64,000 nt of DNA from Asterias rubens (GCF_902459465.1 NC_047066.1:21266001-21330000), one strand, 5' to 3'; counted from the stretch's first letter, positions 13,301-25,671 are shown. Translations and numbers: made by a program. The notes: generated by a model from the letters alone, not told the origin.

Positions 13301-15793
13301 ATTCAACAGATGGCTGTGATGACTGTTTATCAATAAACCAACAACTTACTTTTTGTGTACAGTAGTATCTGGAAGCCATATTTTAGACTTGTCGATGTAA
13401 AGATGGTCAACTCCGTTGTAATCATTTGGATCCCAAGTTAAATACTCGTCCGGCCATTGCTGGAAAAAAAAGTTGCTGCATAAATAAGTCATAAATGTTA
13501 CAACAAATTATTTGTATTGATCAGAGCAATGATCAAAATGTCTGTCATACTGAATGCTACAACAAGTCTGTCTTTTTACAGCCATTACAACTTAACAAGA
13601 TAGTTGATTTACCTTGACTTGTATATTTATCAAAAAGCAAATGTCCTATACAATCGTTTTAAAACCAATATCGAATTTGTAATATGGATTTTAGTCAAAC
13701 GTATTGAATTACTGTTAAAGTTAACGAGTAATAAGTGAATTACATCAGAGATTAATTTATCCTTTTTAATGGTTGAATCTTACATTTGTTTACGAGTTTG
13801 TAACTACATACCTGAGTTAACCAAACTCCCACCTCTATTGTCTGATATCGCTCACTCTGCAGTGTGAAGAAAAGACAAAATAATGCAATTGTTTTAGTCA
13901 TGTGTCAATCAGGCATCATGGACACTGGGTGGACATATTTTGTAGTTGTCAAAGACCAATAATCTCATTTGGTGTAATCTAACATATTATTTGCACACAA
14001 TAAAAAATCTGTGAAAATTGTTGACTCAGTTGGTCATCACAAGGTGTGTTTGCTTTCAGACGCATAATAAAAGGTTGCAGGCCTAATATGTTTTTAATAT
14101 TTTAGTGAAAAATGTTAGTGAAAAACTACGTTACTTCAGAAGGAACCGTTTCTCAAAATGTTTTATACTATCGCAGCTCTCCATTGCTCATTACCAAGTA
14201 AGTTTTTATGCTAACTTTTGTGTTGTGTAATTACCAATAATGTCCAGTGCCTTCAATCCTGACATGTTGTGGATAAAACTATGGAATCAATTGGACCGTT
14301 TGGTGCTCGACATGGCACATGGTACATTGGGTCCATCTTTTTGTGTCTAAACTGTGGCTTTTTTTGGAGGGGGGGGGGACTTCTGGGCAAGAGGAAAGTA
14401 GTTTGCTAAAATATGGGAACATCGGGGGATAACCTCTGTCCCATATCGTGCATGGTGTAATTCAGAAAAGCATTTACCAATTCAATGACTTGGATGAGTG
14501 TCAGACCAAATACCACCGTTGTAACATGTGATAAGTTATAAACAGGTCGGGTTGATTGGAAACCGTAACCATCGAGTAGCTCTTTCAGAAGTACATTCTG
14601 GGCACTCATCTGACGACATTCTATAAAATAAAGTAATAACATTTTATTATTCATGGTTGATTGATAACAAACAAAGTCATCGCATAGCAGCCATCTGCTG
14701 AATTACCAATTGCACAAATAAATAAGTAGAATTAATATTTATAAACGGCATAACATAATATGCACACACAAAAAATACACAAATATCAGAAACAAATACA
14801 AACAAAAGGACTATACGAAAGTACTAGGCCTACACCATGTATAAAAAACTAAAAATCTGTAAAGAAAAATTTATGTAGGCCTATACACAAGTACATACAC
14901 TCAAAACACCAAAATGATGTTCAACTACAACTGGGAAAACTGTAAATTCATGGCATTTTCATTTGACCATGGAATGAAAGGCACTATTAGTATTAGCATG
15001 TCTCTAGCTTGGTACGTACATTATGAGTAGTCAATAATGAGTTACAATTAATACTGAGCCATTAAATTCACCTCTTGTTTTAGGAATCCACTCGCGAAAT
15101 TCAGTTCAATTCGGCTTAGCAAATTTGAGGTAAAAGTGTTGGCGGCGTTGTTTCAGATCTTGCATTTTAAAAGCATGTATTAAGACAAGACCATTATGCT
15201 TTAGACTCAATTTCGCTAAGCAAAACCTATAGACTTTTTTCATACGTTCAAGTGCATTGGGTTATTTACAAAAGACATGGATGCCAGACAGGAACGGCAT
15301 ATTCTAACAGACAGTCGAATGAAACCCACATAAGTTCAAGTCGATTAAACACCAAAGGTGTTACCGTATAATAATAATTGAAACCTCACCATGCAACGCC
15401 TAAGAAAAAGAAAACGATGACGATATATAAAGCATGTGAAAATATAGCCACGATTTGTATTTTTCGATAAAAGACTAATACTTTAATTTAAAATTTCCAA
15501 CCGTCACACTCTAGACCGGAAAACTGTTCTTTATAATACTTTTTGCATTATTGAACAACTTACAGTAACCCTACTGAAGCCGAATAATTGAAGGGCAAAC
15601 AAACAATAATCTATTATTTAAAACAGGTCTGCACAAACAGAAACCAAAACACACACCATTAAATACCCGTCCACTTAGACGTAAGATTTAGGCCTAGGTC
15701 TATGTTTAAATGGTTTAAATCATGAAATAAAGTCTTACCGCTCAAAGACGAAGACGCTGAAATCAACAGGAGAGGCAGAACAATCCACCGCAT
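10319..15793 (-). CDS. nAChR-like Cys-loop channel subunit, paralog 3 (complete, ~494 aa, non-alpha type)
   Basis: Exons 15739-15793, 14478-14620, 13812-13856, 13350-13459, 11611-12146, 10319-10914 sum to 1485 nt, open. Cys loop CRINASMFPFDTQVC, GEK motif, four TM segments. Confidence 0.95.
12193..12464. repeat. 29-bp minisatellite, ~8.8 copies, in intron 4 of paralog 3
   Basis: Unit ttacaaagtgtcaactgttccgacacacc at 12193, 12222 ... 12425, closed by the inverted repeat ctgttccga..tcggaacag. Confidence 0.95.
12786..13160. mobile_element. TTAA-flanked MITE, family A (Kolobok-like non-autonomous), diverged copy
   Basis: TIRs ttaaagggaaggttcacgtttggtaatt / aattaccaaacgtgtactttccctttaa; body homologous to the other family A copies. 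Confidence 0.8.
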
Positions 15794-17340
15794 AATTGAT
15801 GTAATTTCTGGAGAATGCGCGTATCAAAAAATCCTCAACAGACGATGTCAATGTAAAAAATGACTGGAGATGAGATGGTCCCGTACAGTTTTGTACTAGG
15901 TCCAAAACGCAATATCACATGAAACATACCTTTCCATTAAAAATCCCATGTGAGCCGTGAGTCGAATATACTTGTTTATTTACTTAATTATGTGGCACAT
16001 GACCGTTGGGCGTGGCATGTTGGGGATAATCGCAAACGTGGTATAAATCGACCAGTCTCTCAGATCCGTTCGTGTTTATCTATTAGTCATTATGAAAATT
16101 TTGATGGTTTTATGTAATTGCTTAAACGGAGGACATACATTATTACATACATTAATTTTATCAACGCATGATGTCATGCTCTTAGCTTCGATCTGTTCCA
16201 AGTTATCCTTACTTTGGCGTACTAAGGTATATTTAAAACATTGGTAAAGGTCCCAAAAAGCAAAAACCGACGGGCCAAGATTTTTTGTTCGCTCTTCCTG
16301 CTGATCTGAACAAGAGCGGTAAAGATGTGTCCAATGTGTCGGTTCGGTGCCGACGTTGCACAATGTTTTGTGACGTCTGATGTAGACTTTGTCTCTAAGA
16401 TGTCAAACTTGGATGTCTTTTCAGAGCCAACGCTCCCACTTAAGAGATTTACACAACTGTTTTACCGGCAAGTTTACTATTTATTATATTTTCATCCTAT
16501 TTATTCACACCATGCAAAGTTTTAAACAATACGTAAGGCCTATGTCCAACTTCTTTTTAGTCACCTCAGATACAAATGTTCATGCATGGCTTCAAGAGTT
16601 GATTCTTGCAACAGAATTATGATTCCAATTCTCTACATGAACGTTGCGAAGTGCGCCCTCTACTATGGTACACGAACAGATTGCAATATGTAGTATACTA
16701 CTTTGCTTTATACACCTCGAAGAACGTCTATAAACTACAATTTATCCGAATATGGGTCTATCTGACAGAGAATACATTTGAATCATTTGGAATTAGGGTT
16801 ATCAGTGTCCAGTCCAACCTGACCCATTGGTCGGTCGGGCCCATTGTCGCCCTGAACCCGTTTCAACTCTGTTGTGGGTTTATTCATATATTATACAACA
16901 TTTTGGGTAAAACTACACGATATTGACAATAAAAAAATATAAAAAATATAACAATTCTATTTTTCGAAATAAAACATTACGGCAACCATCATAACCAGGT
17001 AAACTCCTACGACTATCAATGGAACGTGCTTTATTTTCACAGATACACATACATCAGTCAATATACCAGCTCCCCGAAGGCAACGCTTATGAGCAAATTA
17101 TATAGTTTTCGCTCTTCCTGCTGATCTGCTTGAGAGCGGTTCAAAGATTATTGTCCAATGTGTCGGTTCGGTGCCACCATTGTCTTGTGACGTCTGATAA
17201 TAGAATTGGTCTCTAAGACAGCCAACGTTGCAAAGCGCGCCCTCTACGAAAAATAAGTGCAACGAGTTAAGAATACTTTTGCTTTACGCCTCGATGAACG
17301 ACTATAACTTCATCTTTATTATTATATTCCCTGTTTGTTT

Positions 17341-17460
17341 ACTATACACACCGATGTGCTTTAGTACTGTATACTCAGTACTTCCCCGAGCTCTAAACAG
17401 CACAGGCATAATATTACTCGGGTGGGATTCGAACCAACGACATTTGCAACTCTAGAGCAG
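17341..17460 (-). mobile_element. tRNA-derived SINE fragment (same family as 25061 and 60399-60743)
   Basis: B-box GGTTCGAATCCC on the - strand plus the shared body gtactgagtatacagt. Confidence 0.75.
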
Positions 17461-18579
17461 CTTCAACTTTATAAATACCCCAATTCACACATGCTCAGTG
17501 GCCTTAGAGGATCACTCTGGCGGCGTTTGACCCAAGATTGGCCCTGTGATTGGCAACGCTCTCGGCCACTTTTACATCTTCAAAAAGCGAAATGTTCCTT
17601 TTAGATTAACGTTTAGTTGCCTGTACATTATCCACTGACTTCCTGTAAATACACCTTCTGGAAAAGTAAGTAAAAGAAAATATACTTACTCGAATCCGAT
17701 TAATGTATCAGTAAACAGCCGAGCTAACCTGTGATTACGCTGGTGTTCGGTTCTCTTCTGGCAGTCATCATTTGCTGCGTAAGGTCAGATTTTGAGTAGG
17801 CCTTTATTGGAATTAAAATAGATGAAATGAAGATAATCTATGAAAAAGAGAATTGAAAGGCGTGTAGGTAACATAGGATATCAATCACCCAGCGAAAGAC
17901 TTCAAGTTCATGCCTTCATGTAGGAAGAAGGATGAGATGAACATGTGCAAAAACATGATAGCATCGGCCGTGAGATTTTAATTGAAATTTGTAATGTAGG
18001 AAGTAATTGTATTTTTAGCTATATCTTTATTGTACAGATTGCGTATACAGTTTGTACATTTAAGGATTTTGAGGATAACTATTTTTGTCATGATGCGACT
18101 CTAATGCTTCAAATTCCTGTGAATGTTTTTAATAATTTGCTACAAACTATTCTATTCTATAGTTACCATATTCTGACTGGTGAGGGGGTGTTTCCTGGGT
18201 ATTCTAAAACTAAAGTTTTCCTCGTAACCCAGTTAAAGGGGATGTAATTGACCTTGTACCCTATAAGATTCTAGTTTATAAGAGTGTAATTCCTGGAATT
18301 AGACCGCGAATTTAAAACGGAACAAAGACAAAGATCACACTCGTTTGTTCGGCATTAATTTTTTATAAGCATATTATGGATACATTAAGACACAGTGAAA
18401 AATAAACATTGGTACGTTACTATTCAATGCCTCAAATCCCATACAACAATTCTACAGTCTGAATGTTTATTACAATACAAAGGATTTGTTACAACAATTA
18501 AAACTTGTGACGAAGATGCTATTGTTTACAAACTCCGGTTGCAAATCAAACCTGAATTCAAGCTTACGCATTTACACGA

Positions 18580-18966
18580 TTAAAGGCAGTGGACACTATT
18601 GGTAATTACTCAAAATAATTATTAGCATAAAACCTTACTTGGTAACAAGTAATGGGGAGAGGTTGGTAGTATAAAACATTGTGAGAAACGGCTCCCTCTG
18701 AAGTGGAGTAGTTTTCGAGAAAGAAGTAATTTTCAACGAATTTGATTTCGAGACCTCAAGTTTAGAATTTGAGGGCCCGAAATCAAGCATCTGAAAGCAC
18801 ACAACTTCGTGTGACAAGGGTGTTTTTTTCTTTCATAGTTATCTCGCAACTCCGACGACCAATCAAGCTCAAATTTTCACAGGTTTTTAATTTTATGCAT
18901 ATGTTGAGATACACCAAGTGAGAAGACTGGTCTTTGACAATTACCAATAGTGCCCACTGGTTTTAA
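18580..18966. mobile_element. TTAA-flanked MITE, family A
   Basis: TIRs ttaaaggcagtggacactattggtaatt / aattaccaatagtgcccactggttttaa. Confidence 0.88.
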
Positions 18967-19441
18967 ATTGAAGGTATAAGTTTGGTATTCGCTGCTTAAA
19001 TTAATGGCAACAAAAGCATTTGGCTAGAAGCCTACAGCAGCTTGTGATGGTAGTCGAGCATTTTGAGAAACAATTCACTTCGAATACATCAGAAAGCCGA
19101 CCCCTTATGAACCGAACGATTGCCATTAGCCAGAGAAGCAGAAGCTTTTCCACATTAATATTTATATTTATATCATGTGGAATCTGGGACAACTCCAATG
19201 TTGACGTTGAATTAACAGCCGGTTGGATTGGTCCGTATCAACGTCATACTGCTGTATGGTTCATGCTTACACGATCAAATTCTTAGAATTTTTTCATTAT
19301 CATAATCTAGCTTTGCTTTTTCTAAAGGTTAATTTAAGGGGCTTTTCTTATTTTGTTCAACCCTTTCTGCTTTTTTTTCTTTTTCTTTTTTTCTAAATTG
19401 AATGAACATTAATAAGGCTTTCATTCTAAGAATAATATTTC

Positions 19442-22400
19442 CTACGAAATTAACAAAAACAGTGACACAGATACAGTAGCTGCCATAAAAGTCACGAGTG
19501 AAGATAAGACAAGGGCAGCCCGGTCAATCACGAGTGCTACATCCTTCCAGTTAAGAGCTCCGTTGGTCTTGTGGTGCGATTCCGCAGTTCCATCGGCTCC
19601 AGCTTGGGTAGACTGGATGAAAGAGATACCAATGCCAATGTCGTCCTTCGGGTTGCTGATATCGTTTTTAGCACCCACTTGACTGGAACCTGGTTCAAAC
19701 ATCGCGTTAATACCTTGCTCCTTCGTATCTGTGCTCACTTTGAATTTCCCAGCCGGATCGTGTTTTGAATAGGTCAGATCTTGTCTGCATCTTCGAATAG
19801 TCGTGGATGATCCTTTTGAAGCTTTGTAGCGGACCAACTTTGCCATGTGTTTGAGCACTACGATTTTGACCCATCGTGGTATGGCCTGCCGATTGTCGCG
19901 ATGAAACAAGTTCAGAACGATCACGGTACATACGATGGAGGTACTAGCAAGGACTATCATCGGGCAGAAGAAATATCCTGCGATACAAGACAAAAGAAAA
20001 TCAAATTAAGTTATTGAAATTGAGTGAAATTCAGTCACAAATGTACACCGAAACTGTCTTACAATTCCAGATGAACATGATTGAAAGCTTCAAGCTCCCC
20101 GATTATCATTTTTGAAGATTGAAGTCTGAGTTTAATCATTAACCCTGCTATAGCCCCACATACCGGTACACCTTGAATGCATAATCTGGACCCGCACAAT
20201 ACAACAATGATACAAGTATCAATTTGCCCAAGTCTGACATGACATAAGTGGTAATATGACAGCTACCGTAACTATTACAAATGTGGAAGGCATTAGTCTT
20301 TTTGAGGTATGGTGGACATTATAGAAGTACAATGTTTGGTTTTGGTGTTTACAGACAAATTTACCCAAACCAAATAATGTCATAGTGTTGTTCCACCAAA
20401 CCTCAAAATTTCCTTTCTTACCGACCAAAGAAAATGACTCACCAATGATAGGTGCATTATCTGAAGTCGGGGGAACAGCGTTGCTGATCAGCTGCTGGAA
20501 CAGAACCAGTGACAACAGGTTGGCCATACCCAGTGATACTTTCTCCCCTGACTCGGGGGGCAAGACAAACACCATCAGGTTGATTAGAGAGAGCAGGATA
20601 CATGGAATGATGATTTGGACAGTGTAGAACATGGGTCTCCGTCTTAGATAAACGGTATAAGTCAGTTCTTGGTAGGGAACGCCATCGTAAACAGACTCGC
20701 TTCCGTTCACAATGACGTCACGAAGCTCCCAGACCCCAACGTCTTCGTACAGATTTTTACTGTCCATCTCCTCCAATATCTGAAGATGTAACTCATAACT
20801 GTTGTACACCCATGATGAGAATTTTAGCTTACAGACTTGAGTGTCGAATGGGAAAAGTCGCGCGTCTATCTTGCAGGAGCTTTTTAGAATGACTTGGGCC
20901 TCCCATCTCATCATGCCATTGTAGTTAACGACGACTGAGGTATCTTTGTAGCTTTCAAAGTCTTTGTCCATACTACCAAAAAAAAACAGGATAGAATCAG
21001 AATCTTCAATATTATGTTGATATTGAAACTCAGTTTAAATGTTGTGCCATTTTTACGTTCATGAAGTTGTATTTTTGACTGTTTCGGGTGAAGCGGTTAT
21101 AAAGCTATGACCCCCGAGGTGATCCCCAGAGAGTCCTGCATAATGCCTCGGTGGTCGAAGCGGGAGTAGTAGCTTAAACAAGCGCAAGTAAAAACAGTCA
21201 ATATTTGTTTTACAACACGTCATAAGATACATTAACATAGACGTAGGTACAGAGAAGCTGATGTTGCTACAAGTAGGCCCAAAGTACATCGGTTACAACG
21301 GGAATAGTACATTGGTTACCACGGGTAAATTACACTGGTTGCTACAGGTACATCTGTTGCCACAGGCAGAACATTGGTTGCTTCGGGTAGCCTATAATAC
21401 AATGGTTGATACAGGTATAGTACGTCGGTTGCTATGGGTATAGTACATTGGTTGCTACAGGTATAGTACATTGGTTGCTTAGGGCAGCCTAATGGTTGCT
21501 ACGGGTATAGTACGTTGGTTGCTATGGGTGTAGTACATTGGTTGCTTAGGGCAGCCTATAATACAATGGTTGATACAGGTATATTACGTCGGTTGCTATG
21601 GGTATAGTACATTGGTTGCTACAGGTATAGTACATTGGTTGCTTAGGGCAGCCTATAGTACAATGGTTGCTACGGATTGGTTGATACAGGTATAGTACGT
21701 CGGTTGCTATGGGTATAGTACATTGGTTGCTACAGGATGAAATATCATGAAAGATTACCTTACCTGTTGTACAGCGTTATATCCGGCAACCATATTTTGG
21801 ATCTTGAAACAAAAAGTCGTTTTACTCCGTTGTTTTTGTCAGGATCCCAGGTCATAAACTCATCCGTCCATTGCTGAAATGAGAACGTAAAGAGAACAAA
21901 ATTATGCTGGTATTTTTTTTTTTTTTAATGATTCGTGAAAAATTTGATTATGGTTTGACAAAACCTTTATTACCAATAACGATCCGGGATATTGTTATTG
22001 GTACTCAATAACATTTTATTGAGATTACTTTTTGAAACATTTTTAACTGAAACAAAGTGCACATTAACATATTTCAACAATGCAAATTACATGCTTCAGG
22101 TACATTTATCTTGTGTATTCTGAACTTGACAAGCAAGAATATTCTGATCAAAAAAGAAGATTATTTTGTGGTATAACAGCTTCTTGGAAATCCTAGCACG
22201 TTGATTTGTAATGGGAGAACGTTAGGTTTATATAAAACCATATAAGGCCAACCCATCCCTACACATCACGCTCATCAACTTTCGGCCCTCCTTATGAAAT
22301 ATAAAAAATAAAATAAAAAACAATAACGAGAAACAAAACAACACTATGAACAGCTTTTCCTACCTGAGTGAACCAAGTTCCAATTTCAAGAGTTTGATGT

Positions 22401-23647
22401 TTTTCATTCTGTAACAGACAAACAAAAATAGTAAATTTTGATTTTAAAGCTGAAGTCATAGATTGTGTGTTCGAAACAAGCAGTTTTAAAAAGGCAGTGG
22501 ACACTATTGGTAATTACTCAAAATAATGATTAGCATAAAACCTTAATTAGTAACGAGTAATGGGGAGAGGTTGATACTATAAATGGGTGTGAGAATTGGC
22601 TCCCTCTGAAATTACGTAGTTTTCGAGAAAGAAGTAATTTTCAACAAATTTGATTTCGAGACCTTAGATTTAGAATTTGAGGTATCGAAATCAAGCATCT
22701 GAGAGAACACAACTTCGTGTGACCATGGTGCGACAAGGGTTTTTTTTTCTTTCATTAATATCTCGCAACTTCGACAACCGATTGAGCTCAACTTTTCACA
22801 GGTTCGTTATTTTATGCATATACCAACTGTGAAGACTAGTCTTTGACAATTACCAATAATGTCCAGTGTCTTCAAGTAATGTTTGAAGCTTTGCTAGGTG
22901 TAGACAACAATAAATAGTTCTAAACTTCAGTTATAACCGAGCTGTTACAGTCAAGATGTGAAATCTCAATTGAATGTGAAATGTTAAACAGTTCCTAAAT
23001 AATTTTCAAGTTATCTTCTAACATAAAAAGAAAACTGTTCTTACCAATTCTATAACTTGTGTAAGTAAAAACATAAACTCCACACGGATGACATCTGATG
23101 CATTTCTGACCGGTCGTAAAGTGGTGAACTCATAGCCATCAAGTAAACTCCTCAGTAAACGTTGGGTGCTCATTTGACCAAAACATTCTGCGAAGAAGAA
23201 ATTAAAACAGATTTTCCATTTAGCTTGGGTCGTATATAACGTACCGGCTTAGGAAACAGCTACATTTTTACAATTTATTTGTAAATCTTAAGGGGGAAAC
23301 CCAAGACATGCTAAACAGTTACATTTTCCCGTTACTGTTTTATTATAAAGGCTGATTTTTAGAAATGTTGTTCCACTTTGTCGTTGTTTACTGTTTCATT
23401 CCATTATAGATGTTAAATTTGCATCGGGGATAAAGAATTTTTTTTTTTTCATTCCAACTATACTAGGCCTCCACTGCAATGTTTGAGCTGAAAAATGAAC
23501 CCATGTGACAATTTATGATAAATTTTAATTATCAAACAGCTGTTTGTATGTCCCATCTTTCTCCACTGTACCCTACTAAGTAAATCACATTGATGGTTAC
23601 TTACCGTGCATCAATGCTGCGGCTGTTAACAGGTGGATCAAATTCAT
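19442..23647 (-). CDS. nAChR-like Cys-loop channel subunit, paralog 4 (complete, ~468 aa, most divergent copy)
   Basis: Exons 23605-23647 (MNLIHLLTAAALMH), 23045-23187, 22364-22408 (NEKHQTLEIGTWFTQ), 21764-21873, 20443-20972, 19442-19977 sum to 1407 nt, open. Cys loop CKIDARLFPFDTQVC; M2 GEKVSLGMANLLSLVLFQQ; WKDVALVIDR before M4. Confidence 0.94.
21262..21736. repeat. Degenerate 23-bp minisatellite with higher-order structure in intron 4 of paralog 4
   Basis: Unit gtatagtacattggttgctacag, about 20 variant copies; ends about 27 bp from the exon 4 donor. Confidence 0.9.
22486..22875. mobile_element. TTAA-flanked MITE, family A (intron 2 of paralog 4)
   Basis: aaggcagtggacactattggtaattactc ... 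aattaccaataatgtccagtgtcttcaa; collinear with the 18580 copy. Confidence 0.85.
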
Positions 23648-25060
23648 CGTATATACGGTCCTCGGAAAATCCACCTAGATGAGCGACTTTAGCCGAATAT
23701 CCACCCGTTGACAATCCAGTGGAACGTAATTATATCGATAAAGCTTTAATATTCGCTGCAAGGCTATACACCGAGCTTGATTCAAGATCAAAACAAGCTT
23801 TACTCTAACGCAATAGAGGGCGTGGTTTATCACATGTAGAGTAGTTTAGACAGTCTCTCTCGAGAGTTTATTGCCGTGTGTTTTTGAAGCAATATTCATT
23901 TTAATTTGGGGTTCACCATACAAGCTTTCAATACAAGACAGTTCAGGACGCGCAAAGGTTAACCACTTAGCCACTGGACCGCCCAGCCGCCTATCGAAAT
24001 ACTGTAGTGGTAGGAGGAAACCTTGCTAGCTTGTGTTTGTAGAAAAAAAGGACCATCAAAAGAATCCTCGATAGTCATTATTAAGCTAATGAAGCTAATG
24101 ATGGTGAAATAATTTAGCTCTTACCCCAACAAGACGCTCATTAATAAATACAAAGGAAACTGTATTTATTAATCATTCATGATAATAATTTGTCAAAAAC
24201 TCACGCCTTCGCATTTAATCAGTATAATCATTGAGTCAGATAAAAGCCTTGAAAAGCTATTGTGTCCATTTTATCCTTACAAACAAATATTCGCCATAAA
24301 AATTACAGTAGCCGTTTAACGAGAGACATGTATTGTTCTCATGCGAACTTGTACTTTTATACAAATATCAAGGTTCAAATTGTGCATAAAAATTAAGCTG
24401 TGGCTATCTTTTAAAATTTGAACTACGATTCCAGTAATTAACTGCAAGATTTTTGAAGTATTAGTTTTCAGCAAACTCGGGCGGTGCAGGGACTAGAGGG
24501 TTAAACAAGCTATGATAGAGGAGCAGTATTTAGATTAACGGTACAATACACTAATCGAAATGGCATACCCATCCTCAACCAACAAATATGCCAACATCCT
24601 TTGGTCTTTTCATCCATATTAATTTTGATACGAAGATATCAGGCAGAGGAAAGAAATTGGCTGTCAATTAAGGCATGAACAAAAGAGTCAAATCAAATAC
24701 CCACTCGAGTAATTCATAACCGCCTTAATTATCAGGGGAAAGAGCTTCTACAATAATGAGCCACTTAATAGACGTAAAGTAATTGTAAGCCTCTCTGTTT
24801 GCACTGTTTTATTAGTAGCACGGACCTGTCACTTAGGGTTAGCACGTCTTAGGTTTAAAGAGGCCACCAGATTGGACGCTTTGGGCTATAAAAAGCGTTT
24901 GTTGTGAAAATAATGTGGTGAGAAAGATAAATTAAAAGCATTGACTATGAGAGTTTTTCAAAATAACTATATTAAAGAAATATTATTATCCAATAACAAA
25001 ACAACTGTGAACAAATCGCCATTATTTATATCTCGACTTGTGTTGATAACTAATTATAAG

Positions 25061-25172
25061 AGATGTTAAATTTTGAATCGGGGATAAAGAATTTTTTAAT
25101 TTTTTGTTTTTACCCATACACCGATGTGTGTTACTCGGGTTGGATTCAAACCCACGACCCTTCCTTGCAATT
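25061..25172 (-). mobile_element. Internally deleted tRNA-derived SINE
   Basis: Tail agatgttaaattt..tcggggataaagaat and head ggattcaaacccacgacc match the 60.4-60.7 kb SINE. Confidence 0.7.
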
Positions 25173-25671
25173 GATAATTAATTATCTAAGTTATGTACCG
25201 CGATATTTCAAACATCATACCCAGTAAAAATCATAAAATGGTCTCATGTTTCTGTTCTTGGAGTATCTCGATACGATCACCTGTTCCATTCGATTTTACT
25301 TCATTGAAATATTATTTATCGTCATTTTTGTGTGTTGCAACTATTCACCCATGCTATTATTTAAGATACAAATGGATGGGTAATAAGCCCCACCGTGCAT
25401 ATGAAGCGTATCCACTTTTAAATTGGTTTCATTGACATCGTCAATTATTAATTCATGCATATTATGCAGCACCACAAACAACAAAATAACGGGGAAGGAG
25501 GGCAAACAGAGGAGCGGTATGTCGTAATAAAAGTCCATGTTTGTTAAAGACTAGACTGCACATTGGCATGTATGTGCTACTTGTGAACGTATAGACTTGA
25601 TTTCAAGTCTGAGATCGCAGTTATTTATCAGCACCAGCCACGCAAAACTCTTCAACAGATAAACTATCAAA

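Noticed and set aside
18395-18817. Short ORFs within family A MITE copies (also 33510, 57457, 60964, 61259)
   Set aside because: They are non-coding MITE sequence with no transposase motifs, and the frames are not conserved between copies.
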